DNA from: Chiloscyllium plagiosum
Taxonomy: Eukaryota
Assembly: GCF_004010195.1 (NCBI RefSeq)
Contig: NC_057758.1
Coordinates: 747,029 to 811,028 of the forward strand
DNA length: 64,000 bases
Direction of reading: 5' to 3'
A program made the translations under genes and the position numbers. The notes under the pieces are model-generated. The model was given only the letters and a program-made list of their open reading frames with translations. It ran no database searches and was not told the DNA's origin. Of the stretch, positions 46,810 through 60,209 are shown piece by piece; position 1 is the first letter of the stretch, and each line of letters starts with the position of its first letter.

Positions 46810-49800
46810 CTGAAACATGGAACCTCTTGTATCCCAGCAGATTCACTGGGTCCCCAGATTAAAAAGAAAACTAAGCCGGATGTGATAAAACACTGAACTG
46901 AGAGAACTGGGCACTCCCAATTCAATGTACTAGTAGCTAATCTGTTGATCATAATCAAAGTGGCCCACCTCGACAAATCAGAAAATCTGTCTTTTACAAG
47001 CCTCTTGAAAAAGATCATGGGCAACAAAACCTTTGTAAAGGAGCAGCATCGTCACAGAATATTGCCAGGAAATAAGTCCTAATATATGGAATTCACGGTG
47101 AGATGAAAAATGCCCGATTATGCAGAGTGAATGTGGAGTGGTGGAAACCATACGAGAAATGGTGATAGCGTACTGCAGAAACCCTCAGTTACAGGAATCC
47201 AATTTTTCCTTGGTAATGATGTAGCTGAGTTATAGGTAGGAGTGCTGCCTACTGTGTTTGACAAAAATCAGTGGAAAATCAGTCTTACTGGAAGTATATC
47301 TTGGGATTTTTCGTGATTGTGTGAGTAGAAGATCATAAAATCACCAGTTGAAACAGGAAGAGAAATCGAAGACTGTAAGTAACGAATTTGAAGAAGAGTT
47401 GTCAGCAACAATTTTAATCGAATGGCAGAGACAAAAAAAAGTAACAAGAGGACAAAGTGGATTTTTTAAATTCAAGAAAAATTAACTGAGTTTCAACAGA
47501 GTGGTGAAAACCTGAAGCAATTATGTCGGGAAACATACAAAGAAGAATGTTCTGAGCGTATTCCTGTATGTTACTATTTTAACAATGATGTTTTGAAGTG
47601 GAAATGGAGACCATCACATAATCACGCAGACGAGAAATCGGCTGAAGTTCATCAAATTGCATTGCCAGTGGCTTACAGAATGAAAGTGTTTCGGGCAGCC
47701 CATAAATTACCAGTAGCTGATCACTTGGGAGGTAGAAAAACTCAAGCGAAAATACAAAAATATTTTTCTTGGCCCCAAATGTATAAGGACGTGCAAGTAA
47801 TTTCCCAAAATGTCACAGATGTCACGTAATTGAAAACCTCAGGCAAGAATATAAGCAGAACGTTTCACACTCATGCTTGCATTTGAGGGATCTTCTACAG
47901 GAGAATTAATTGATTGCGTAGGACCCGTATAGAAAACAAAAATTCAGAATCGCAATGTGTTCACAGTAATGGATGTCTTCACCACATTTCCAGAGGCCAT
48001 TCAGTGACACAGTATCACAGCGAAAAGGACTGCAGCAGATCAAGTCAAGTCTTTCACCAGAGTCGGAATACACACAGAGATACAGCCAGTTTAAGGCTCA
48101 CATTTTACAAAAAAATTATTCAGGGAATTATATATAGCTTCGGAATAAGTTAATTAAGTCCACTTCATACATTCAGCAATTACAGCGGGCGTTGGAAATG
48201 TGACTTCAAACGTAAAGAGCAGGTTAAGAGCTGAAAGCCGAGAATAACCAGATGATCAGGATAAAGGAGTTGTGTTTCTACGATGCATCAAGTGAATTAA
48301 CCAAATTCAGTCTATTTGTATTAGTTTTGGCGCAGGAAGTGACATGATCACTAAAATTAATTAAGCACGCAGTTGAATTATGCTGGTCATTTCATACCTG
48401 GCAGGTATTTGTGAAAAAGCAGTAATAAATTCGCACCTTTGATAATAATTCCTGCATTTGATGAGAATTTTACAAGAGCAAAAATTGACTGACAGAGCGT
48501 GAGGTCTGCAGATGTTGGAGGTCGGAGTGGAAAGGTCTGGCGCTAAAAATGCATGGTAGGTCAGGCAGCATCCAAAGATCAGGAGAATCATTGTTTTAGG
48601 CACAAATTCGTCATAAGCTTGGATGCTGCCAGACTTATTGCGTTTTTCCAGCGTCACAGTTTTCATCTCTTAACTGAATGCATAGAACAAAAATTAGAAT
48701 CAATCTGTGCTGACCATAATGGGTATGTCGACAACATTTCCAATAAATAATAGAACAGCTAATTTTTGCATCAAAATTATTCAGAATATTTTTGTATAGT
48801 TTCGGAATAAATTAATTCCAATCTGCTGCAGTCCATCCAGAATCACATGGGTAGAGAGAAATGTAGCATCAGACATAAAGGCAACGTTCAAAGCTTATAG
48901 TCAAGACTATCTAAATGCTAAGTATAAATGAAGTCTGTCTGTACTTTTTCATAACAATCAGTACTGCAACGAATGAAATGACCACCTTCAATCCATTTGC
49001 ATTAATGTTTTTGGGCATGAAATGAGAGGACATTTCAACGTCATTAAGGAGAAATTGGTAAACCAGAATCCAGAGACCACATAATACGAAAACGTGTCAG
49101 ATTTTAGGAAGCGATTAAATATAGATGGATAATTGTTTCGGCAGCATCTAAAATACCACAGCAAACAATAAATTCGGACGCTGGGAAGAAGCCGAAAACT
49201 CGCAATTTTGCTACTGAGATAAGGTTTTCATGCTACTGGCAGTGATAGATGAATCTTTAAAATCAATGTTTAGAGGTACTTCTTAAGTCGAAATGACATT
49301 GAGTGGTAAACTATTTGACAAGAACTCTGGACAGAAAGGACTCTCATGAAATGCGTCATGTGAATATACTGATAAAGTATTTTGACTGGGAAGGAAACCA
49401 AGAGGAGACTGTGCTATTACTTGCAGCACAGAGTGAAGAACTAATTTCAAAGGATTCTGAATTGAACATTCTTCAAATTAGCTTGTACAATGAGGACGTT
49501 GTCAACAATTCGGTGCAATGATTAGGTTCCTTCTGGAGGAAAATCGAAATGGACAGAAAAAAAAAGTTCTGGCAATCTCATGGGGAGATATATGGAAATA
49601 AGCTTGGAAATACCAACCTAATTGTGCATCTTGAAGATGTAGGAAATGGTGTTTCAATAGACAGCATCCTTAAAGGCTTAACCCACTAAAGTTGGCACAA
49701 GTTCAAAAAGTGTTTCAATGCATGCTCCAAGATTACATAATTGAAGTGAGTTGCAGTCACTGGAGCACACCCAGAGTAATTGTCCCAACATCATGTGGTG

Positions 49801-49890
49801 TTCAACGGTTATGTGTGGATTATCACAAAGTTAATGCAGTCGCAGCGATTGATACAAACACCATTCCACTTTTCGAAGACTGTGTTGAAC
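46810..49890 (+). mobile_element. Degenerate Gmr1-type Gypsy pol (protease region, integrase, then RT)
   Basis: 47593-47829 integrase zinc-binding region (AHKLPVADHLGGRKTQAKIQKYFSWPQMYKDV); integrase core ~47900-49050; RT start 49692-49890 (SHWSTPRVIVP..RLCVDYHKVNAV..IP..EDC). Confidence 0.8.
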
Positions 49891-51385
49891 TGGCTCACGA
49901 TTTGGCACTCAGTCCCCCTGATGTAAAGGAGACCATATCTGCGTGCATTGCAAAGACTCTGGGCAGGGAACATACTGAACCCATATTGTGTCCGTGACTG
50001 ACCCCGGGGAATAGATAGACTGACCTCACTAGATGTGCATATTGCTGACCCCATGCACCTTCCTGTCTGTTGTAACCATATATGTAAGCTGACCCCGGGG
50101 AGAAAGTGAATTCATCCCATTGTGCACATTTCACTGATCCGAATAGAGAGTAGACGCACCCCGACTGTGTGTGCATCACTGAGCCCGAGGAGACAGCATA
50201 TTGACTCACTGTGTGCCCATCACTCACCACGGGAAGACACCAGGAAGGCGGAACTGTGTTTATCTGTTCCTGACAATGAGTAGACTGACCGAAGCTTGTA
50301 TCACTGATCCCGATGATTGATCATATTGAACAGTTTGGATGTGTGACTCACTGAACATGGGGAGCTTGTAGACTGACTCCACTCCGTGTGCATCCTTGGT
50401 GCAAGGAGAGAGCATAATGAAGCCACTGTGTGTGTATCACCGAACCTGTGGAGAGTTTCGAATGATCCCACTGTGTAGATTAGATTTAGATTACATTACA
50501 GTGTGGAAACAGGCCCTTCGGCCCAACAAGTCCACACCGACCCGCCGAAGCGCACCCACCCATATCCCTACATTTAACCCTTACCTAATACTACGGGCAA
50601 TTTAGCGTGGCCAATTCACCTGACCTGCACATGTTTGGACTGTGGGAGGAAACCGGAGCACCCGGGAATTGAACCCGGGTCTCTGGCGCTGTGAGGCAGC
50701 AGTGCTAACCACTGTGCCACTGTGCCACCGTGTACTTTTAGAATTTAAAATAGATTCCCGACACATTGGAAACAAGCCCTTCGACCCAACAAGTCCACAC
50801 CGATCCTCAGGAGAGTGGTGCACCCAGAACAATTACTGACCGAATATTTGCCCCTGACTAATTTAGCATTGCCAATTCACCTGACCTGCACAACTTTGGA
50901 CTGTGGGAGGAAACCGGAGCACCGGGAGGAAACCCACGGAGACACTGGAGAATGTGTAAATTCCTCACAGACAGTCGCCCGAGTTGGGAATCACTGATCC
51001 TGTGGAGAAAGCAAACTGTCCCAACCTGTGTGCATCACCCACCCTGGAGAGAGAGTAGAATGATTCCACTGCATCTGGAACATTAACCCAGGGGAGCGAG
51101 CAGACTGACCCCATTGCGTGTCTATCACTGACAGCTGAAATAAAGCAGATTCACTCCACTGTGTTGAGCATTGCTGACCCCGGAATAATTGCTAATTGAA
51201 GCCACGATATGTGTATCACTAACCTCAGGTAGAGAGTGAGTGTATCACGCACTTTGGGAAGATAGCAGATGGACTGCACTGTATCTGCAACACTGACACC
51301 TGCGGGAACAGACTGACACAACTCTGTGTGTGTCATTGTCCCGGGAGATAGCACACTGATCCAATTGATTGTGTATCACTGACTT
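49890..51385. repeat. Diverged ~45-bp tandem array, left part
   Basis: Unit ~ACTGACCCCACTGTGTGTGCATCACTGACCCCGGGGAGAGAGCAG. Confidence 0.8.
50476..50995 (-). mobile_element. Two tandem HE1-type SINE copies
   Basis: TAGAT-type tails at 50476 and ~50740; reverse complement has GGTGGCACAGTGGTTAGCACTGCTGCCTCACAGCGCCAGAGACCCGGGTTCAATTCC. Confidence 0.85.
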
Positions 51386-54300
51386 CGTGGAGTGCGCAGA
51401 ACATAGAAAAGTCAGGGAAGGGATCGCTGTGGTCGTTCCCCTTAAAAAAACAAGTATGCCGTTTTGGATACTGTTGAGGGGGACGACTAGCCAGGGGCAT
51501 GCATTTGGGTGCAGGTCTCTGGCACAGAGTCTGTCCCTGTTTCACAGAAGGGAAGGGGGAAGTAGGATAGTGTTAGTCACTGGGGACTCAGTCGTTCGAA
51601 GATCAGAAGGAAGGTTTGTTGGAACAAAAGAGATTCGTAGTTGATGTGTTGCCTCCCAGGAGCCAAGGTCAGTGATGTCTCGGTTCGTGTCTTTTGAGTC
51701 CTGAAGGGAGAGGGTGACCAGACCCAAGTCGTGGTTCACATCGGTGCCAACAATATAGGGAGAATCAGGGATACGGATGTAAGGCAGAATTTTAGGAAGT
51801 GAGGGTGAAACCTGAGAGCTATAACAAACAGAGTTGCTATCTCTGGTTTGTTACCCGTGCGACGTGATAGCGAGTCAAGGAACAAGGATAGGTATCAGCT
51901 GAATACGTGCCTACATGGATCGTTCAGGATGGAGAGTTTCCAGTGTATCGTTAATTGGTGCTCTTTCTGGGGAAGGTGTTTCCTCTGCAAGCAGGGCGCT
52001 CTTCACTTGAGCAGGGCAGTACTAATATCCTGGGTGGGATAATGGTTTTCGGGTGGGTTTGAACTAGCTCAGCGGGGGTTGCGATCCTGTGGTGTAGTTT
52101 CAGTACACAGGAGAATGTGAGTAGGGAGGACATGAACAGGATTTCACGCTCATATGACTGTGGTAGGAGACAGCACCCTGGTTTGAAGTGTGTGGAAATC
52201 AATACCAGAAGTATCCGGAATAATGTAAGTGAGCTTGCAGCATGGATAGGTATCTGGGACTTCGATTTTGGGACATTTTGGAAACATAGATAGAGCAGAG
52301 TCTGGAATGAATGTTGCAGGTTCCAGGGTTTAGATCTTTCACTAAGGTCGGCGAAGGTGGCAAAAGGGGAAGGGTTGTGGCTTTGTTACTCAAGGATCTT
52401 ATAACGGTGGCTGAAAGAACTTTTGACGAGGAATTGTCTACTCGGGTGGTATGGGCTGAGGTTAGAAACAAGAGAGGAGAGGCCACACTGCTGGCAATTT
52501 TTAAAATGCCTCCAAAAAGTAATGGGGATCTAGGGGAGAGGATTGGCAAAATGATTCTGGGTAAGAGTGAAAGGAACAGGGTGCTCATTATTGGGGTCTT
52601 TAGGTTCCCCAAGATGTACTGGAAATGCCATAACTCTTGTACATCGGAATGGATACGTTTTTCTCCAATGAGTGCAGGATGGTTTCCTGACACAATATGT
52701 TGAAGTGCCGACACTAGATATGGTACTTGGTTATGAATCAGTCCAGACTGACATCACCGTGTGTGCATCACTGACCCGGAAAACAGAAAAATAATTTCAC
52801 TAAGTCTGTGTCGCTGACCACGGGACGAGGGCACATATTGCGTGTCCTTGATAGGTATGCCTCTGCCATGCAGGAAGGAAGTGATATTGTAAGGGAACTG
52901 TGGTTTACCAAAGAAATTGTATTTCTTGTGAAGTAGAAGAGGGAGGCTTATGTGACGTTGAGACGAGATGATTCAGGTGTGGCAATGGAGAGTTACAGAT
53001 TAACTAGGAAATATTTAAAGAGAGAGTTAAGAAGGGCATGGAGGGGACATGAGTAATCTTCAGTAGGTAGAATGAAGGAGAACCCTAAAGCTTTCTACAT
53101 GTATGTAGTGAATAAAAAGATGACAAGGGTAGGAGTAGGGCCAGTCAAAGACAGAAGTGGTACGCTGTTTGGGGACCCTGGGAGATCAGAGAGCTGCTAA
53201 ACGAATATATCTCATCTGTTTCTACGCAGGAAAAGGAAAATATTGTCGAGGAAAAGACTGAGTTACAGGCTGTAAGGCTTGAAAGAATTGAGGTTAGTAA
53301 GGAGGAGGTGTTATCTATTCTAGAAGGAGTGGAAGTTGTTAAGTCCCTTGGGCCAGGTGGGATTTATCAGACGAATTTCTGGAATGCTAGGAAGTAGATG
53401 GTGGAGCGTTTGGATTGTTGTTTGAGTCGCCATTGTGTGCAGGTTTAGTACCAGAAGGCTGGAAGATTGCAAACGTGCCCTTGTTCGAGAAGTGCAGCCA
53501 AAATGACCCAGAGAATTATAGACTAGTAAAAATTACATTTGTTGCAGGAAAAGTTTTGGAAACAATGTCAAGAGATAGGTTTTATAATCATTTAACAAGC
53601 AATAATTTTATTGGAGGTAGTCAACACGGTTTAGTCAAGGGCAGGTCCTTCTCACGGAGTCTTTTTAGAAGGTGACCAAGAATGTAGATGAGGGTAGGGC
53701 AGCTCACGTGGTGTGCATGGACTTCACTAAAACCGTTGATAAAGTTAATAATGGTAGGCTTTTGGAGAAAATGAGGAGACATGGGATTTTAAAAAGTGGT
53801 CCTGGAGAGTAGTAATATCTGGATTACTCCCAGTTCTACAATTAGTGAGAGCAGGAGTAGGAGGATAGAGAAGCTGAATGGATGGCTGAGGAGTTGGTGT
53901 ATGGGAGAAGGATTCACATTTTTGGATCATTGGAATCACTTTTGGAGTAGAAGTGACCTGTACAAGAAGGACGGATTACACCACAATTGGAAGGAGACTA
54001 ATACACTGGCAGGGAAATTTGCTAGAACTGCTAGGGAGGATTCCAATTTGTAACGTGGTGTGATGGGACCCAGGTAGATAGTGAGGAAAGAGGTCAACAT
54101 GAGACTGGTACAATTGACAACAGAAGCGAGTCAAACAGTCAGGGCAGGCAGGGACAAGGAAGGACTAATTACTTAAATGCATTAATTTCAAAACAAGGGG
54201 CACAACAGGGACGTCAGATGAATTCAGGGCATGGTTAGGAACACGGGACTGGGATATCATAGCAATTAAAGAAACATGCCTCATGGATGGGCAGGACAGG

Positions 54301-55155
54301 CAGCTTAATATTCCAGGTTGAAAATGTTACAGAAAGGATAGAAAGGGAAGCAAGAGAGAAAGGGGAGTGGCGTTTTGGATAAGGGATACCATTACAGCTG
54401 TGCTGAGGGAGAATATTCCAAGAAGTACCTCCAGGGAATTTATTTGGGTGGAACTGAGAAATAAGAAAGTAATGATCATCTTGTTAGGATTGTATTGCCG
54501 ACCTCCTAATAGTCAGACTGAATTTGAGAAACAAACTTGTTAGGTGATCCCTGCTATCTGTAAGAATAATAGGGTGGTTGTGGTAGAGGATTTTAACTTT
54601 CTAAACATACACTGTGACTGCCATGGCGTTAAGGGTTTAGATGGAGAGGAATTTGTTAAGTGGGTACAAGAAAAGTTTCTGATTCAGCATGTGGATATAC
54701 CTACGAGAGAAGGTGTAAAACCTGATCAACTCTTGGGAAATATGGCAGGGCAGGAGACTGAGTTGTTAGTGGGGGAGAACTTTGGGGCCAGCGACCATAA
54801 TTGTATTAGATTTAAAATAGTGATGGAAAAGTAGATGGAAAGTGAGAGTCTTTTGCCTAGGATGATGACGTCGGCGCGTACGTGGGGAAATGTCTGGAAA
54901 TTGACGTTTGATAGATTTAAGACAGACGTCAGAGGCAGATTCTTTATTGAGAGAGTGGTAAAGGCGTCGAATGTCCTGCCTGCCAATGTTGTTAACTCAT
55001 CCATAGTAGGCGATTTTAAGCAGTACTTGGATAAGGATACGAATGATGATGGATTAGTGTAGAGTTATGGGCTTAGATTACTTCACACGTCAGTGCAACA
55101 TTGTGGGCCAAAGGGCTTATTCTGCGATGTATTGTTCTGCATTCAATGTTCTAGA
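51385..55155 (+). mobile_element. Two nested degenerate CR1/HER1 LINEs (51385-53770 and 53776-55155)
   Basis: ORF1 esterase (VLVTGDSVVR), APE (52311-52703, 54544-54834), RT (53415-53675) and a 3' tail at ~55140. Confidence 0.85.
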
Positions 55156-55159
55156 AATT

Positions 55160-56205
55160 GTAACATAGAATAGTAATGCACTGAACAGGCACTTCAGACC
55201 ACGATGTTGTGCCAAACACTTATCTTACTCTGAGATCATCCGAACCTACTCACCCCTCAATTTATAAGACGTCTATGTGCTTATCCAGCAGTCGTTAAAA
55301 TCGTCCTAATGTCTCTGACTCAACTTCCGTCTCTTACAGTACATACCACGCAAACACCACCCTCTGCAAAAAGAACCGACTTCTGACATCTCCCCTTTAC
55401 CTTTCTCTAAACACCGTATAAATATGACCCTTCATGACATCTACTTCTGTTTTGGGGAATGTCTCTGTCTACCTCGCCTTCTGTGCCTCTCATTATTTTG
55501 TGCATATCTATCAAATAACCTCTCTTCATGGTCTCCAACATAAAATGCCCCAGCTCAGTCAACCTTCCTTCACCAGGCGGGTCCTGCAATCCAGTCAGAA
55601 TCCTGATAAATCTCTTGTGCACCGTCTCTAAAGCATCCTCTAATAAGGCGACTAGAATGGGATACAATATTCCAAGTATGGTTGAAACAGAATCTTACAG
55701 GGTTTCAGCAAAACCTCATAGCTCATCAAGTGGATCCCTCAGTTAATGAAAGCCAAATCTCCATACACCTTCTCAACAACCCTCTGAATTTGAATGGCAA
55801 GTTTGAGGGATCGATGTTCGCGGAGTCCAAGATCCCATTGTTCCTACGCACTGCAAGGAATGTTATCTTTAACCTGTTTTCATCATTCAAATTCGACGTT
55901 CCAAAATGAACCCCTCGCATTCATCCGGTTGAACTCTGTGTGCCACCGTTCAGCCGAGCTCTGCATCCTGCCAATATGCTGTTGTAGCCTGAAAATCCCT
56001 CGACAGTATCTGCAGTTCCACCGACATTTGTGTCTTAACCTAGTAACTACACTGCCCTTCCAACTCTTCATCCAAGTCATTTGTCATACCTACAAAGAAC
56101 AGAGCCCCAAGGACAGATGCCTGCAGGACACCACTGGTCTCCGCACTCCTGAATATTTTCCACCCACTACCACTCACTGTCTTCTTTCAGCCAGCCAGTT
56201 TAGTA
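55160..56205 (-). mobile_element. CR1 LINE 3' portion
   Basis: DALETVHKRFIRILTGL and ERWHTEFN motifs; ACATAGAA tail. Confidence 0.8.
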
Positions 56206-57049
56206 TCCAAAGCAGAATGACCCCACTGTGTGTATATCACTGACCCTGAGAAGAGATCTTATTGATACCACTGTGTGTGCATCACTGACACTGGGGAGAG
56301 AGCAGAAACACACAACTCTGCGCATCGCAGTGTGTAGCCCGAGAGCAGACTTAACTCCACTGTATATGTATCTCAGAGATCAAAAGTAAAAAATCCTGTT
56401 TGTGCCTGTTTTTCTGGGCCTGAGGAGACAACAAACTGATTCCTCTGTGCATGTGTGCCACTGACCACGGAGAGAGAATAGGCTGACCAAAATGTATGTG
56501 TCGCTCATCCCGTGAAGACAGCAAACTTACCTCACTGCCAATATGTCTCTGAAGCTGGGGTGAGAGCAGACTGCTCACTCAGTGTTTGTCATTAAGTCAG
56601 GGACAGAGGGGTCTGACCCAACAGTGTGTGCATGAACGGTCCAGGGGCGAGAGCAGACCCACTACTCTATTTGTGCATCACTGATCACGAGGAGATATCA
56701 TGTTGACCCTGTTATACGTTTATCATTAACCCTGGGGAGAAAACAGGCTGGCCTCTTTGTGTGTATGTGTCACTGACTCTGGCGACAGAACAGACTGACC
56801 CGACAGCATGGATATCACTGAATCTGCGGAACAAGCACGCTGACACCTCTGTCTGTTTCTAAATGTGACCCCAGAAGAGACCAGCCTGACCACACCATGC
56901 TTTTTGAATCACTGATACCATGGACAGACTAGAATGACCCCTCTGTGTGTGCGTCAGATTGACAACTATATATGTAACACTGTCTCCTATGAGACATTAA
57001 ACTGACACCACTCTGTCAGTATCACTGCCTATGGGGATAGAGAATGTCG

Positions 57050-57385
57050 AGAGTGTAAAGTACAAAAAGTCTGGATGCATCTGCGGAGAAGAAGAATCGA
57101 CGTTTCGAGCATAAGCCCCTCATCAGGACTGACTTGTTCACGTCCAAATTGTGATGGTTTGGATGTCGTCTGGAGTTCATCTGGGATCAGTCTATTCCAT
57201 CTGTAGGCATCGAGAAAGGAGGTTCGGTTGTGGTAGCGAGTGTCAGGACGTTGCTGAAAAGTTTCAGGGCAGACAAAATGACTTTGCTGCCCTGAAACAA
57301 AGTGAGAAAGGGATTCACTGACATCCTTCTCGAGAGAGGAGGAGAATTTCGTCAATGTAGGCATCCTTGGAAGAGGCTTCGCAGG
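57050..57385 (-). mobile_element. Penelope-like fragment with hammerhead motif, inserted in the array
   Basis: Non-array sequence ending in the same terminal motif as 12108-12200 and 39802-39928. Confidence 0.6.
57093..57130 (-). ncRNA. Minimal type I hammerhead ribozyme motif
   Basis: AGUC-CUGAUGA-G-GGGC-uuau-GCUC-GAAA-CGUC-GAUU: intact core, stems I and II pair, GUC cleavage triplet. Confidence 0.7.
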
Positions 57386-59264
57386 GGCAGAGCAGTTTGA
57401 CTCCACTATATCTTTGCCAGAGGCCACAGGCAGTGGGCAGTTGACGCCATTGTGCATTTTGCACTGACCTGGGAAGGAGAAGGCACTCCCCATTGACCGG
57501 AGGTGTCTGTCGACAGATCCCACTGAGTCTGTATCAGTGACCACCGGGAGAGAGCAGACTGACCCGTCTATATTTGCTTCATTGAGCCCACGGAGAAATC
57601 AGAAAGAACCCATTGTGTGTGCATCATTGATCCCTGGATAACAGCAGACTGACCACGACTTCAGCAACATCAGTGATAACAGGGGAGACAGCAGATTGAT
57701 CCCAATCTATGTGCATTAATGACCCCGGATGGAAAAGACTTACGCCAGTATCTGCATATCACTGATCCCAGAGAGACAGTCCAATTACTCCATTTTCCGT
57801 GTTTCACTGACCCGGGCGAGAGACAGCAGAACATCACCAATCTGTGCGTCCCATTGACCACGGGACATACAGACTGACACCACCGTGTGTGCATCACTAA
57901 CCGGGAAAACAGAAAAATAATTTCACGAAGTCTGTGTCGCTGACCACGGGATGAGGGCAGAGTGACCAATTTGTGTTTGTCTCATGACCCTGGGCAGAGA
58001 ACAGACTGAGAGCACTGAGTCTGTATTACTGATCCATGGGAGAGAGCAGCCTGACCTATTGTGTGTGTGTGTGCGTGTCATTGGCTTTGTGGAGAATGCA
58101 GACTGAACTCACTGTGTGTTGGTCACTGAGCCCGGGGAGAGAACAGGTTGATTCCAATATCTGTGTATCATTGACACTGTGGCGAAAGCAGACTGGCCTC
58201 ACTCTGTGAATATTGCTGTCCCCGAGGAGAGAAAAAGTTGATTCTTCTGTCTGTACATCACTGACCGCGGGGAGAGGGAGACCGACCCTACTTTGTGTTT
58301 ACAACTGCCCCTGGGAATAGAGCCGACTGAAAGTACTTTGTCTACATCTCTGATCCCGGCGTGCGTGCAGCACCGACCACGGGAGAGAACAACTGATCCC
58401 AGTGTGGATATAACCCTGGTCATGGTAAGAGAACAGACTGACCCCACTGTGTGTATTACTGATTAAAGTAGAGAGCTGAATGAACCCATTGTGTGTTTAA
58501 CTGACTACGACGAGTCGCAGACCAACCTGAGTGTGAATGTATCACAGATCCTGGGGCGGTACAGAATGACACCACTGAGTCCGTATCACTGACCCTGATG
58601 AGAGAGCAGACTAACGCTTTGTGTGTTTAGCACTGCTCACGGGGAGACTGCTGACTGGACATCAACCGCCACTGTCCCTACCATACTGTTTCCAAATCAC
58701 CGAGTCCAGAAAAAAGGCAGATTTACTCCAGTGTGTGAGTTTCATGACGCTGGGGAGAAAGTAGTTTGAACCCATTGTATATGCATCAATGAACACACCA
58801 TGTGTATTTCACTGACCTCGGAGAGAGTACAGACCGACTCCACAGTGTGTGCATCACTGACACCACTGTCTTTGTATCACTGACCCCAAGGTGTTTGCAG
58901 ACTCACCCAACTGATCTGTATGATGTAAACTACTGAGACAACAGATTGATGATTTTGTATGTGTGTCACTGAACTCAGTGAAGAAGCAGAAAGACCCCAC
59001 TGAGTGTGTCACTGATCCCAGGACACATCTGTCTGACTGCTGTCCCCATTTGCGTATCACTTATCCCGGGTGGAGGGCAGGCTGAGTCAAATGGATGTCC
59101 ATCACTGACATCGATGAGAGAATAAACTGAACCTACTATGTGTGTTCATCACCTGCCAGTGCGCGTTCATTGGCTTGCTCTGGCCTATCTTTTGGCCACT
59201 ATGGAAAAGTGAATTGCAGTGATCATGATTTGGAACTGATTTCTCTATTAAAAGCTGGTTTTCA

Positions 59265-60163
59265 TTAATTTAACATTTTTGTCAATAGAGTAATTGCATA
59301 TTTGAACACATCCTTCACCTGATTCCTGAACTTAGTCAGTGTCACAACATAAATACATATATTTGTGCAGTGACTTGTGAGCTGGCAGATGTATCCAATT
59401 TCCCGGACAAAATAATGTAGAAACATAATCTTCTGTCCCAATAGCCATGTCCGGTTCCATATTAAATACAACATAATGATTGCCCATGATAGTACAAAGT
59501 TGGCTGAAATGAGAAACAGCAAGATTATGGATTTTCTTCGACTCTCCATTTTTGAGTCTGTGACGTTGTTCTCCTTACTGAATGACTTTAGACGTCTGCG
59601 GGCTCTGTTGGCCATTAGGATATGCCTGACACATAAAGCATTGAACTACACAGTCAGAAGAATTGCCAAGCATGGTGTGAGAAGATGATGACTGATTTCG
59701 AGTTTTCCCCAGAACTTAGATGTTTTAAAACTCCATCTTATCTCACAAAACCAAGGAACATTCTTTAGCCGATACTGACCTGTCAACATAAAATAGCACA
59801 AGATATTCTTTAAACAGCTCAGTATTGCTATTATTCCCAATACGACAGATGCAATTTTCTCGTTGCAATATTTATGTTTCAGTTCTTGGCAACAGATAGC
59901 CACAAATCGATCAAAGGTGAAAGCAACAGTGAACCATACAGAACAGTCTGTCGCTGCATGAACAAAGATGGCATGGATGTTGCATACTGGGAGGGACTTC
60001 ACAAACTGAAATTCTTTCTTATAAACAATTGGAATATGTCTCAGTATCAGGTCAAGAATGTTGACCAGTAGATCCATCACAGCCATGTCCACCAGATATC
60101 GGATAACACATTTGGATAGACCGCACTGACAACGAGAGAGGATTGCAATCGCCAGTGTGTTAA
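59265..60163 (-). pseudogene. GPR139/GPR142-like class A GPCR, main coding exon, with an in-frame TAG
   Basis: Acceptor TTGCTCTTTCTCACAG| phase 1. Motifs VNTLAIAILSRCQCGLSKC, DCSVWFTVAFTFDRFVAICCQ, ESRRKSIILLFLIS and CTNICIYVVT. ORFs 59646-60200 and 59265-59615 are in the same frame, separated only by TAG at 59646-59648. The first exon was not found in the window. Confidence 0.85.
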
Positions 60164-60209
60164 CTGTGAGAAAGAGCAATAAAACCTGGAAATTATACAT
60201 TAGTTACAG

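Larger units (their letters stand above)
56205..59150. repeat. Diverged ~45-bp tandem array, right part, abutting the GPCR 3' end
   Basis: Same unit as 49890-51385. Confidence 0.85.

Noticed and set aside
50660..50730. tRNA gene
   Set aside because: The A and B boxes belong to the tRNA-derived head of an HE1-type SINE with its core and tail.
56205..59150. V(D)J recombination signals suggested by many CACTGTG heptamers
   Set aside because: No nonamer seen at 12 or 23 bp spacing and no V, D or J segments; the heptamer is just part of the repeat unit.
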